The notes under the pieces: model-generated | What the model was told of the DNA's origin: nothing | Seen by the model: only the letters and a program-made list of their open reading frames with translations | The model's database searches: none | NCBI GenBank assembly: GCA_964016885.1 | Contig: OZ024741.1 | Coordinates: 386,260,001 to 386,324,000, forward strand | From: Eledone cirrhosa | Taxonomy: Eukaryota | Length of the DNA stretch: 64,000 bases | Reading direction: 5' to 3' | In this document: positions 24,001 to 34,844 of the stretch, in pieces | How positions within the stretch are numbered: position 1 is the first letter of the stretch | Layout of the letters: every line of letters starts with the position of its first letter | Translations under genes and position numbers: made by a program

Positions 24001-27000
24001 GGTGTGTTATGTTATTTTATGTTGTGGTATGTTGTGGTGTGGTATGGTGTGGTGGGATGTGGTGTGGTATGGTGTGGTGTGGTGTGGTGTGGTGTGGTGT
24101 GGTGTGGTGTGGTGTGGTGTGGTGGGCTGTGGTGTGGTGTGGTGTGGTGTGGTGTGCTGTCGTGTGGTGTGGTGTGGTGTGGTGTGGTGGGTTGTGGTAT
24201 GGTGTGGTGTGGTGTGGCGTGGTGGGTTGTGGTGTGGTGTGGTGTGGTGTGATGTGAAGTGGTGTGGAGTGGTGTGGTGTGGTGGGGTGGGGTGTGGTGC
24301 GGTGAAGTGTGGTATGGTGGGTTGTGGTGTGGTGTGGTGTGGTGTGGTGTGGTGGGTTGTGGTGTGGTGTGGTGTGGTGTGGTGGGTTGTGGTGTGGTGG
24401 GTTGTGGTGGGTTGTGGTGTTGTGTGGTGGGTTGTGGTGTAGTGTGGTGTGGTGTGGTCTGGTGGGTTGTGGCGTGGTGTGTGTGGTGTGGTGTGGTGTG
24501 GTGGGTTGAGTTGTGGTGTGGTGTGGTGTTGTGTGGTGTGGTGTGGTATGGTGTGGTATGTTGTGGTGTGGTATGGTGTGGTGTGGTGTGGTGTGGTGTG
24601 GTGTGGTGTGGTGTGGTGTGGTGTGGTGTGGTGGGTTGTGGTGTGGTGTGGTGTGGTGTGGTGTGCTCTGGTGTGGTGTGGTGTGGTGGGTTGTGGTGTG
24701 GTGTGGTATCGTGTGGTATGTTGTAGTGTGGTATGGTGTGGTGTGGTGTGGTGTGGTGTGGTGTGGTGTGGTGTGCTGCGGTGTGGTTTGGTGTGGTGGG
24801 TTGATGTGTGGTGTGGTGTGGTGTTGTGTGTGTGATGTGGTGTGGTGTGGTGTGGTGTGGTGGGTTGTGGTGTGGTGTGGTGTGGTGTGGTGTGGTGTGG
24901 TGTGGTGGGTTGTGGTGTGGTGTGGTGTGGTGTGATGTGGTGTGGTGTGGAGTGGCATGGTGTGGTGTGGTGGGGTGGGGCGTGGTGTGGTGTGGTGTGG
25001 TGTGGTGTGGTATGGTGGGTTGTGGTGTCGTGTGGTGTGGTGTGGTGTGGTGTGGTGGGTTGTGGTGTGGTGTGGTGTGGTGGGTTGTGGTGTGGTGTGG
25101 TGTGGTGAATTGTGGTGGGTTGTGGTGTTGTGCGGTGGGTTGTGGTGTAGTGTGGTGTGGTGTGGTGTGTTGTGTTGTGTTGTATTGTGGTGTGGTGTGG
25201 TGTGGTGTGGTGTGTTGGGTTGTGGTGTGGTGTGGTGTGGTGTGATGTGTTGTGTTGTGTTGTGTTGTGGTGTGCTGTGGTGTGGTGTGTTGTGTTGTGT
25301 AGTGTTGTGGTGTTGTGTGGTGTGGTGCGTTGTGTTGTGTTGTGTTGTGTTGTGGTGTTGTGTGCTGTGGTGTGTTGGATTGTGGTGTGTTGTGTTGCTG
25401 TGTGGTGTTTGTGTGGTGTGGTGTGGTGTGGTGTGGTGTGGTATGTTGTGGTCTGGTGTGGTGTGGTGTGCTGTTGTGCGGTGTGGTCTGTTGTGGTATT
25501 TTGTGTTGTGTTGTGTTGTGGTGTGGTGTGGTGTGGTGCGGTGTGGTGTGGTGTGGCGTGGTATCTTGTAGTATGTTGTGTTGTGTTGTGTTGTATTGTG
25601 TTGTGGTGTGTTGTGGTGTGGTGTAGTGTGGTGTGGTGTGATGTGGTATGTTGTGGTATGTTGTGTTGTGTTGTGGTGTGGTGTGGTGTGGTGTGGTATG
25701 TTGTGGTATGTTGTGTTGTGGTGTGGTGTGGTGTGGTGTGGTATGTTGTGGTATGTTGTATTGTGTTGTGGAGTGGTGTGGTGTGTTGTGTTATGTTGAG
25801 TTGTGTTGTGTCGCGTTGTGGTGTGTTGTGGTGTGGTATGGTGTGGTGTGGTGTGGTGTGGTGTGGTGTGGTGTGGTATCTTGTGGTATGTTGTGTTGTG
25901 TTGTGTTGTGTTGTGGTGTGTTGTGGTGTGGTGTAGTGTGGTGTGGTGTGATGTGTATTGGTGTGTTGTGTTGTGTAGTGTTGTGGTGTGGTGTGGTGAC
26001 GTGTGGTGTGGTATGTTGTGCTATGTTGTGTTGTGTTGTGGTGTGGTGTGGTGTGGTGTGGTATGTTGTGGTATGTTGTGTTGTGGTGTGGTGTGGTGTG
26101 GTGTGTTGTGTTATGTTGTGTTGTGTTGTGTCGCGTTGTGGTGTGTTGTGGTGTGGTGTGGTGTGGTGTGGTGTGGTGTGGTGTGGTGTGGTGTGGCGTG
26201 GTGGGTTGTGGTGTGGTGTGGTGTGGTGTGGTATGGTGTGGTGTGGTGTGGTGTGGCGTGGTGGGTTGTGGTGTGGTGTGGTGTGGTGTGATGTGAAGTG
26301 GTGTGGAGTGGTGTGGTGTGGTGGGGTGGGGTGTGGTGCGGTGTGGTGTGGTATGGTGGGTTGTGGTGTGGTGTGGTGTGGTGTGGCGTGGTGTGGTGTG
26401 GTGGGTTGTGGTGTGGTGTGTTGTAGTGTGGTGTGGTGTGGTGGGTTGTGGTGTGGTGTGGTGTGGTCTGGTGTGGTGTGGTGTGGTGTGGTGTTGTGTG
26501 GTGTGGTGTGGTGGGTTGTGGTGTGTTGTGGTGTTGTGTGGTGGGTTGTTTTGTAGTGTGGTGTTGTGTGTGTGGTGTGGTGTGGTGTGGTGGGTTGTGG
26601 TATGGTGTAGTGTGGTGTGGTGTGGTGTGGTGTGGTGTGGTGTGGTGGGTTGTGGTATGGTGTAGTGTGGTGTGGTGTGGTGTGGTGTGGTGTGGTGTGG
26701 TGGGTTGTGGTGTGGTGTGGTGTGGCCTGATGTGATGTGGTTTGGAGTGGTGTGGTATGGTGTGGTGTGGTGGTTTGTGGTGTGGTGTGGTGTGGTATGG
26801 TGGGTTGTGGTGTGGTGTGGTGTGGTGTGGTGGGTTGTGGTGTGGTGTGGTATGGTGTGGTGTGGTGTGGCGGGTTGTGGCGGGTGTAGGTGTTGTGTGG
26901 TGTGTTGTGGTGTAGTGTGCTGTGGTGTGGTGTGGTGTGGTGGGTTGTGGTGTGGTGTGTGTGGTGTGGTGTGGTGTGGTGGGTTGAGTTGTGGTGTGGG

Positions 27001-28460
27001 GCGGTGTTGTGTGGTGTGGTGTAGTGTGTTATGTTGTGTGGTGTGGTGTCTTGTGTTGTGTTGTGTTGTGTTGTGGTGTGTTATGTTGTGTGGTGTTGTG
27101 GTATGTTGTGGTGTGGTATGGTGTGGTATGTTGTGGTGTGGTATGGTGTGGTCTGGTGTGGTGTGGTGTGGTGTGGTGTGGTGTGGTGTGGTGCGGTGGG
27201 TTGTGGTGAGGTGTGGTATCGTGTGGTATGTTGTAGTGTGGTATGGTGTGGTGTGGTGTGGTGTGGTGTTGTGTGTTGGGTTGTGGTGTGGTGTGGTGTT
27301 GTGTGGTGTGGTGTGGTGTGGTGGGTTGTGGTGTGGTGTGGTGTGCTGTGGTGGGTTGTGGTGTGGTGTAGTGTAGTGTGATGTGGTGTGGTGGGATGTG
27401 GTGTGGTGTGGTGTGGTGTGGTGTGGTGTGGTGTGGTGTGCTGTGGTGTGGTGTGGTGTGGTGTGGTGTGGTGGGTTGTGGTGTGGTGTGGTGTGGTGTG
27501 CTGTGGTGTGGTGTGGTGTGGTGTGGTGTGGTGGGTTGTGGTATGGTGTGTTGTGGTGTGGTGTGGCGTGGTGGGTTGTGGTGTGGTGTGGTGTGGTGTG
27601 ATGTGAAGTGGTGTGGAGTGGTGTGGTGTGGTGGGGTGGGGTGTGGTGCGGTGAAGTGTGGTATGGTGGGTTGTGGTGTGGTGTGGTGTGGTGTGGTGTG
27701 GTGGGTTGTGGTGTGGTGTGGTGTGATGTGGTGTGGTGTGTTGTGGTGTGGTATGTTGTGGTGTGGTGTGGTATGGTGTGATGTGGTATGTTGTGGTGTG
27801 GTATGTTGTGGTGAGGTGTGGTGTGGTATGTTGTGGTGTGGTATGTTATGGTATGTTGTGGTGTGGTATGTTGTGGTGTGGTATGTTATGGTATGTTGTG
27901 GTGTGGTATGTTATGGTATGTTGTGGTGTGGTATGGTGTGGTGAGGTATGTTGTGGTATGTTGTGGTGTGGTATGGTGTGGTATGTTGTGGTGTGGTATG
28001 TTGTGATGTGGTATGGTGTAGTGAGGTATGTTGTGGTATGTTGTGGTGTGGTATGGTGTGGTGTGTTGTGGTGTGGTGTGATATGTTGTGGTGTGGTGTG
28101 GTGTGGTGTGTTGTGGTGTGGTATGTTGTGGTATGGTATGTTGTGGTATGTTGTGTTGTGGTATGTTGTGGTGTGGTGTGGTATGGTGTGGTGAGGTATG
28201 TTGTGGTATGTTGTGGTGTGGTATGGTGTGGTGTGTTGTGGTGTGGTGTGATATGTTGTGGTGTGGTGTGGTGTGGTGTGTTGTGGTGTGGTATGTTGTG
28301 GTATGGTATGTTGTGGTATGTTGTGTTGTGGTATGTTGTGGTGTGGTGTGGTGTGGTGTGGTATGTTGTGGTATGTTGTGGTGTGGTATGGTGTGGTGAG
28401 GTATGTTGTGGTATGTTGTGGTGTGGTTTGGTGTGGTGTGGTGTGGTATGGTGTGGTATG
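1..28460. repeat. (GGTGT)n pentanucleotide satellite with variants GTTGT, GGTAT and GGTGG-GTTGT; runs off the left edge of the window
   Basis: Continuous 5-nt periodicity. The + strand is almost entirely G/T. Rare variant words recur at kb spacings. The array ends abruptly near 28460. Confidence 0.98.
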
Positions 28461-28539
28461 ATGTAAGTGTTGTGTTGTGTTACTGCCCATCACATATAGG
28501 AAAGTGTTGCTACCAGACAGACAGACATCACAGACCCTC

Positions 28540-28880
28540 TCAAAACATCTGACTGGCATCCAATCACTGATACATTCAAACTTTTCTCACATCAATACAC
28601 TTACCTCTCTATCTTATCTACTGCTACTAAAATGTCCTCTACTCATTGAATCTGGCTGGCTATGCAGCACCTTCTCATTCATATATCTCCCCTCCTCTCA
28701 TCACACATACTATGTTGTTACCTACCCCACCCTGTCCTCCACTAACCCTTATATGCTGTACTTCCTCACACGAATATCACCCTTCTGGAATCAACTCCCT
28801 GCAAGTGTCAACATTTAGCTGCTCAAGAAGAACATTAACAGCTTCCATCACATCAGTCACAGAAGGGATGTAAGAGCTAC
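28540..28880 (+). mobile_element. Decayed 3' end of a CR1/L2/Jockey-group LINE
   Basis: Translation contains YMLYFLTRISPFWNQLPASV, matching the C-terminal F-x-R-x-x-x-WN-x-LP motif of these LINEs. Frames are disrupted and the limits are approximate. Confidence 0.6.
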
Positions 28881-28884
28881 AGGT

Positions 28885-28910
28885 GGGGGGGGGGGGGGGG
28901 GGGGGGGGGG
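28885..28910. repeat. G26 homopolymer
   Basis: Read directly from the sequence. Confidence 0.9.
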
Positions 28911-29529
28911 CATCCTCCACACCTAACCTTTAAAAAAGATCTGTTGATAAAAATTGAAAACAACAACAAACCTTGCACTCCAGCCATCTCTACCTCCAGT
29001 TACCTCTACTTCCACAATAGATCCTCTACTTCAGCTACAACCACTCCACAAAAAATAACATTAATCCCTCCATTCCAACTACCTTCACCCACAACTAAAA
29101 CAACAAACCCTTCAACTACCTTCACTCACTCATGAGTTGAGTTTCCTCGATCCAATGAACAATACTCTTTCCATTTGTTTCGATCACTCCAAGATCATTA
29201 TATTTCCTCCTGTGTCAGCACACATAACATATCGAGATATGTTGTTGTAGGACAACCACTACTTCTATGACTGTGCGCAGGTTTCTATAAAAGAACATGG
29301 CTGATGCGCTCGTTTTTTGTCAACTACCTTCACTTCATAAAAATACCCTCCACTTCAACAACCTCCACTCTATTAATGTAGCCCTGGTCAAACAAAGTGA
29401 ACTAGGTCTTATACCAATAATATTTCTGTCAATTGATAAAATGTAGTAGTTATATTTCAAGTTGTACTTGGTTCACAAATGACATGATTTGAGATCTTGT
29501 GTTGAATTAAAAAAGTTGAATGTTTGTCT

Positions 29530-29780
29530 TGAGCCTGGAGCCTCTTCAGGTCAGTACTTATCTAAGTTTACACGGTGTTAAATGACAGAGGGTTCACGAC
29601 TCCTCCTAGACTGGATGCTAATCCATTTCAGGGTTAAACCCCTAGTTATTGTTGGTACTCATTTTTAGCTGAGTATACTGGATCAACGTGAAATGAAAAA
29701 ACACAACATACAACCCAGTCCAGGAATCGAACCCATGACATCATGATTGTAAGTCCAACGCCCTTACCACTAAGTCACTA
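29530..29780 (-). mobile_element. tRNA-derived SINE, family B (CORE-like)
   Basis: The minus strand reads GTGACTTAGTGGTAAG...GGTTCGATTCC (A/B boxes) followed by CTCAGCTAAAAATGAGTACC. It is homologous to the copy at 40560-40848. Confidence 0.75.
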
Positions 29781-29905
29781 TGTTGATTGTAAAGTAATTA
29801 AATAGTGTAAGTGCCATTCACCCTTTTTATGACAAAACGTTTGAAACCACTCCTGGTTCTATGATACAAAACTGCTTGTTCTAATGAGCTTTTATTTATT
29901 TAAAA

Positions 29906-30090
29906 GGCGGTGAAGTGGCAGTGTCATTAGAACATCAGGTTATTAAAGTACCAGTTCAGTACTGGGGTCAATTCTTCCTCTATAGTTCCCCCCCTCTCTC
30001 TCCATATCTCTTTCTCCGGAAGAAATCAGTTGTATTCAGACCTGGAGAGAAATGGCTTCCACCAGCTTTAAGTGCCCAAGACATTTAAAT
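29906..30090 (+). mobile_element. Internally deleted family A SINE (long-tail subtype)
   Basis: The head GGCGGTGAAGTGGCAG is joined directly to AAAGTACCAG...ACTGGGGTCAATT. The tail GGAAGAAATC..TATTCAGACCTGGAGAGA is shared with the copy at 40050-40286. Confidence 0.65.
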
Positions 30091-30099
30091 GCCTCTCAT

Positions 30100-30330
30100 G
30101 CATCATCATTGTTATCATCACCATTTAACATCTATTTTTCCATGTTAGCATGGGTTAAATGAGTTGTCCCATTCTGAGACAAGTTAGGCCAGATGACCAT
30201 GTCTTGCTCACACAGAACTGTTTCCGGCTTGGTTTCTAGTGCTGGATGCCCTTCCTAATGTCGTTATTGTGGCACCAAAATGACCACTTTACAGCATGGC
30301 CTAGGCACTTTTTGTTGTGTCAGCAGCACT
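30100..30330 (-). mobile_element. RTE-type 3' end or RTE-dependent SINE
   Basis: (CAT)n tail followed by TTTAACATCTATTTTTCCATG and GGATGCCCTTCCTAA; similar to 41185-41380. Confidence 0.55.
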
Positions 30331-31047
30331 ACTACTTTACAGTAACAATAACATATTTATCTAAAAACTTTTCATCATAATTTTATGTAAGAGCCCTTTG
30401 TTTTGTTATGTTCCAAACACCAGTTTAATAATGACAAAGTTTGTAATATTACCATTACTAAATCCCTGCAAATTTTTGATTACTTTCAAAACTATTTGAA
30501 AATCATAGGCAGTGTCTTTGATTAAAAAATTAATGAATTGGTTAAACATGCACACACACATAGATGCACACATATGCACACACACTCACACACATTTACA
30601 AAACCAGTTGCAGTCACTTTTCATTTATTTCAGTGTTAAAATTTTCATTGCATTCTTTCTGACATGATCACTGACACCATTTCACTACAACAGATGCAGT
30701 GGAATTGTGTCAATGACCACGTTGCAAAGTGTGCTATGAAAATATTGACACAAATTTCATTGATTTTTGTTTTGAAGTATTTTCATTTTACATTTGAAAA
30801 GAGTGTATTAACCCTGAAATATCATGTTGAAATATATTGGGTAAAACATTATTTTGCTTTGTTTTATTTGTCATCCTTTACCCTCTACACATTTTATTGT
30901 TGTTATTCCTTCTACTCTGTCATCTTTCTATTAAAATTGTTATTGGTGTTATTGTTGTTATTATTCCCTCAATTTTCCCACACTCTCTCCATCCTCTCTC
31001 TTTTTCTTTTTACAAATTGTTGTTGCTGTTATTGTTATTGTTGTGAA

Positions 31048-31483
31048 GGCAGTGGATTGGCAGAATTGGTAGAATGGCAGGCAAAATATTTTGCAGTATT
31101 TAGTTATGACTTTCTATGTTCTGTATTTAAATCCTGCAGGGGTTGACTTTACGTTTAACCCTTTACCATTTACATTACCCTATATATACTATTGTATTTT
31201 CACAGTAGAGCCTTTATGTTACATAATTATCTCACACGATATCGAATCTATGAGATTTTGATATTATTTATTTTGAGAACCATACCTTAACATCAGTATG
31301 AGTGGCTGGTTACAGCTGGTTAGAACAGAAGAGGTGAGAGAATTCTGGCTGGATAGGGCCGGTTTAAATACTAAAGGGTTTATTCTTCTGAGGTTGATAA
31401 AAAAATGAAGTACTAGTAATGCACTGGGGTTGATACAATTGACTTTCCTTGTCCTACAAATTGCTGGCACTCAATATTAGAAA
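31048..31483 (+). mobile_element. Family A SINE interrupted by a piggyBac-type MITE
   Basis: SINE head at 31048. The central domain GGTTGACTTT...|...TTCTTCTGAGGTTGATAAAA is split by the insert at 31159-31378. Confidence 0.75.
31159..31378. mobile_element. Non-autonomous piggyBac-like element (220 bp)
   Basis: Left end TTAA|CCCTTTACCATTTA, right end TAAATACTAAAGGG|TTTA. The TIRs match at 12 of 14 positions, with CCC termini and a TTAA-type target duplication. Confidence 0.75.
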
Positions 31484-31715
31484 GAATGGTGAATTGACAG
31501 AGTTGTTACAGTGTCAGACAATTTACATTATGGTGTGTACTCATTGCCCTTTACGTTCTCAGTTCAAATCCTGCTGAAGTTAGCTTTGCCTTTCTTCGTT
31601 ATGGGGATGTTAAAATAAAGTACCAGTAATGTACTGGCGTCAATTTAATCAACTTTTCCCATTCCTTCAAATTGTTGACCTTGTGCCAGTATTAGAAAGT
31701 GTTATTGTTATTGTT
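31484..31715 (+). mobile_element. Family A SINE, older copy
   Basis: AGTTCAAATCC B box, CTTTGCCTTTC...AAAATAAAGTACCAGT central domain and an (ATT/GTT) tail. Confidence 0.8.
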
Positions 31716-31823
31716 GGCACTTCTTTCTCCTCCTCTCTCCCTCTCTCCCTCACACTCTCTCTTACCCTCTCTAGCCCCTCCCCCTCTCTCAAAAAATCTG
31801 TTGGTGTTATTGTAAAGAAATCT

Positions 31824-32225
31824 AGAGTGAATTGGCAGTATCGGTAGAGGGTCGGATGCCATGCTTTCCAGCATAGAGTTACGTCCCTTTATGGACCGAA
31901 TTCAAATCCCACCGAGGTTAACTTTGCCTTTCATCCTTACGGGGTCGATAAAATAAAGTACCAGTAATGTACTGGGTAATTGCTGGCCTTGTGCCAAAAG
32001 TAGAAACAATTATTATTATGAGGGTGGTGGATTGGCAGTATCAGTAGAGGGTCGGACGCCATGCCTTCCAGCATAGAGTTACGTCCCTTTACGGTCTGAG
32101 TTCAAATCCCGCCGAGGTTAACTTTGCCTTTCATCCTTACGGGGTCGATAAAATAAAGTACCAGTAATGTACTGGGTAATTGCTGGCCTTGTGCCTAAAG
32201 TAGAAACAATTATTATGATTATTAT
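31824..32225 (+). mobile_element. Two young family A SINEs head-to-tail (31824-32019 and 32022-32225)
   Basis: Near-identical ~200-bp units with TGGCAGTATCGG A box, TTCAAATCC B box, GCCTTTCATCCTTACGGGGTCGATAAAATAAAGTACCAG (MetaSINE-like domain, recalled from memory) and (ATT)n tails. Confidence 0.9.
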
Positions 32226-32239
32226 CATTGTTGCTAATG

Positions 32240-32444
32240 TTACAGTAGTAGTAGTAGTAGTTGTTTTGTTGTTGTTGTCGTTGTTGTTGATGTAGTAGTT
32301 GTTACTGTCGATGTCGGTATTGTCGTAGTAGTTGTAAATATCACTGTAGTTGTAGTGGTAGTAGTAGAAGTAGTAGTAGTAGTAGTAGTAGCAGTAGTGG
32401 CAGTAGTGGCAGTGGTGGCAGTGGTGGTAGTTGTAGTTGTAGTG

Positions 32445-32490
<46 letters not shown>

Positions 32491-32537
32491 CAGTAGTGGC
32501 AGTAGTGGCAGTGGTGGCAGTGGTGGTAGTTGTAGTT

Positions 32538-32583
<46 letters not shown>

Positions 32584-32627
32584 CAGTAATGGCAGTGGTG
32601 GCAGTGGTGGTAGTTGTAGTTGTAGTG

Positions 32628-32658
<31 letters not shown>

Positions 32659-32801
32659 CAGTAGTGGCAGTGGTGGCAGTGGTGGTAGTTGTAGTTGTAG
32701 TGGTAGTAGTAGTAATAGTAGTAGTAGTAGTAGCAGTAGTGGCAGTGGTGGCAGTGGTGGTAGTTGTAGTTGTAGTAGTAGTAGTAGTGGCGGTGGTGGA
32801 A

Positions 32802-32846
<45 letters not shown>

Positions 32847-32871
32847 TTGTTAGTAGTAGTAGTATTAGTAT

Positions 32872-32904
<33 letters not shown>

Positions 32905-32922
32905 CAGTTGTTGTTGTTGTAG
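32240..32922. repeat. (GTA)n trinucleotide satellite with a recurring GCAGTAGTGGCAGTGGTGGCAGTGGTGGTAGTTGTAGTTGTA module
   Basis: Read directly; the module recurs about five times between 32390 and 32780. Confidence 0.95.
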
Positions 32923-32924
32923 TT

Positions 32925-33075
32925 GACTTGGCACTTTCACCAAAATCAATAGCAGAAACACATTTAACATTTACTGGCTTCATTGGAAAATAGCCTTCCT
33001 ATTGATTTGGGTCAAAGTTGAGCCCCTGATAAGCAAAAACCAGCCTGGTCATGCAAATATCTCACGTCACTGCTC
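32925..33075. promoter_or_regulatory. Candidate enhancer (transcription-factor motif cluster)
   Basis: AAATCAATA 32943-32951, TATTGATTT 33000-33008, GGGTCAAAGTTGA 33009-33021, TGATAAG 33027-33033, ATGCAAATA 33051-33059 and TCACGTCA 33062-33069. These are motif matches only. Confidence 0.35.
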
Positions 33076-33355
33076 TTTCTCCTTCTTTCCCTTATCTTTC
33101 TTTCTTTTTTTTCTTTCTTTTATTCTTTCTTCTTCTTTCTTCTTTCTCCTCCTTTCTCCTTTCTTTTTCCTTTAATTCATTCTTTGTCTTTCTCTTTTTC
33201 TTTCCATTTTTCTTTCTTTCTTTCTTTCTTTTTCACCTTCTTTCTTACCTTCTTTCTTACCTTCTTGCTTACCTTCTTTCTTTCCCCTTTCTTTCTCTTT
33301 TCTTTCTTTCTTTCTTTCTTTCTTGTCTTCCCTGTCCATCTTTCTGTTTTTCTTG
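33075..33355. repeat. Polypyrimidine (CTTT/CTT) low-complexity tract
   Basis: Read directly from the sequence. Confidence 0.9.
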
Positions 33356-33409
33356 ATTGTCATTAATTACAAAAAATGTATATTTCTCTCCATTTATCCT
33401 TATACATGT

Positions 33410-34056
33410 ATATAAATGTAAATATATATATTTATATCTACTTATGATTTATATAAATATATATATTTATATATCTATTTATAATTTATATATAAATTTA
33501 TATATTTATTTATAATTTTCATACATATTTATATATCTATTTATAATTTATATATATTTATATATCTATTTATAATATATATATATTTATATATCTATTT
33601 ATAATTTATATATATATTTATATATCTATTTATAATTTATATATATTTATATATTTATTTATAATTTATATATATATTTATATATTTATTTATAATTTAT
33701 ATACATATTTATATATCTATTTATAATTTATATATATTTATATATCTATTTATAATATATATATATTTATATATCTATTTATAATATATATATATATTTA
33801 TATATCTATTTATAATTTATATATATTTATATATCTATTTATAATATATATATATTTATATATCTATTTATAATATATATATATTTATATATCTATTTAT
33901 AATATATATATATATTTATATATCTATTTATAATATATATATATTTATATATTTATTTATAATTTATATATATATTTATATATCTATTTATAATTTATAT
34001 ACATATCTATATATCTATTTATAATTTATATATATATTTATATATTTATTTATTAT
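33410..34056. repeat. AT-rich minisatellite, ~30-bp unit (TTTATATATCTATTTATAATTTATATATATA)
   Basis: About 20 tandem units whose length varies in TA steps. Confidence 0.92.
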
Positions 34057-34174
34057 GTTAAGGTGAAGCTTCAAGGGGGGAGGGGAGAGGAGACAGAGTG
34101 GGTCAAGAGTGTGAGGCCAGCTTGGCAAGAGTTTCATTTTGGAGACATCTGGGTGTGAGAAGAGTTGGACACAT

Positions 34175-34221
34175 TGCACACAGATATACACATACAGACA
34201 GACAAACGCACACGTACATAT

Positions 34222-34260
<39 letters not shown>

Positions 34261-34569
34261 CTTGCACATGCACGCACACACAAATACACACACAGACACA
34301 CACACACACACATATGCACATGTATAATCACATACAGACATAGACACATGGACAAACAGATACACACACGCACACAAACACATACACACACGCACACACA
34401 AACACATACACATACACACATTCATGCATGCATACACAAGCGTGCATGCACATCTCATATGAGTATGTGTGTGTTTTTATGCGGATGTACATAATTTGTA
34501 TTTATATAAATAAACATACATATTCATACTAATACAGGCACATACAAACGTATATACACACAAACACAA

Positions 34570-34601
<32 letters not shown>

Positions 34602-34602
34602 A
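34175..34602. repeat. Degenerate (CA)n microsatellite
   Basis: Read directly from the sequence. Confidence 0.9.
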
Positions 34603-34614
34603 AAATGTATAGGT

Positions 34615-34730
34615 TCTGTTATTCTTTTACTGGCTCCAATCATGAGACTGTGGCCATGCTGGGCCACTGGTTTGATTTAGTCAATCACATCAACCCAGTA
34701 CACATTTTTTCAAGTTTGCTACTTATTTTT
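34615..34730 (-). mobile_element. 3' fragment of another SINE family
   Basis: CTTTTACT...CAATCATGAGACTGTGGCCATGCTGG resembles a common cephalopod SINE end; recognised from memory only. Confidence 0.4.
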
Positions 34731-34844
34731 TCATTACCTTATTCTAATGGAAGACATTGCCTATGATGTTCAAATATTTCTTTTATTTCTCCCACCATGA
34801 AGCTTCACTTTAGGAGACAAAGTAGATAAATAAGTAAATAAATA

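Noticed and set aside
4554-24958. Very long minus-strand ORFs (1886 aa and 3193 aa, HHTTP repeats) and many VVWCG ORFs on the + strand
   Set aside because: These are artefacts of a 5-nt repeat: the C/A-rich strand has almost no T and so no stops. All frames give the same peptide, and repeat lengths change in steps of 5 nt without regard to frame.
1-28460. Telomere
   Set aside because: The unit is not TTAGGG-like and is highly heterogeneous. The G-rich strand runs 5'->3' toward the unique sequence, the opposite of a chromosome end at the left.
31824-32225. tRNA genes
   Set aside because: The A/B boxes belong to SINE heads followed by a shared body and ATT tail; there is no full cloverleaf.
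32240-32993. Mucin-like poly-Thr ORF, and poly-Leu and poly-Val ORFs
   Set aside because: A trinucleotide satellite is open in several frames; there is no signal peptide or supporting splice structure.
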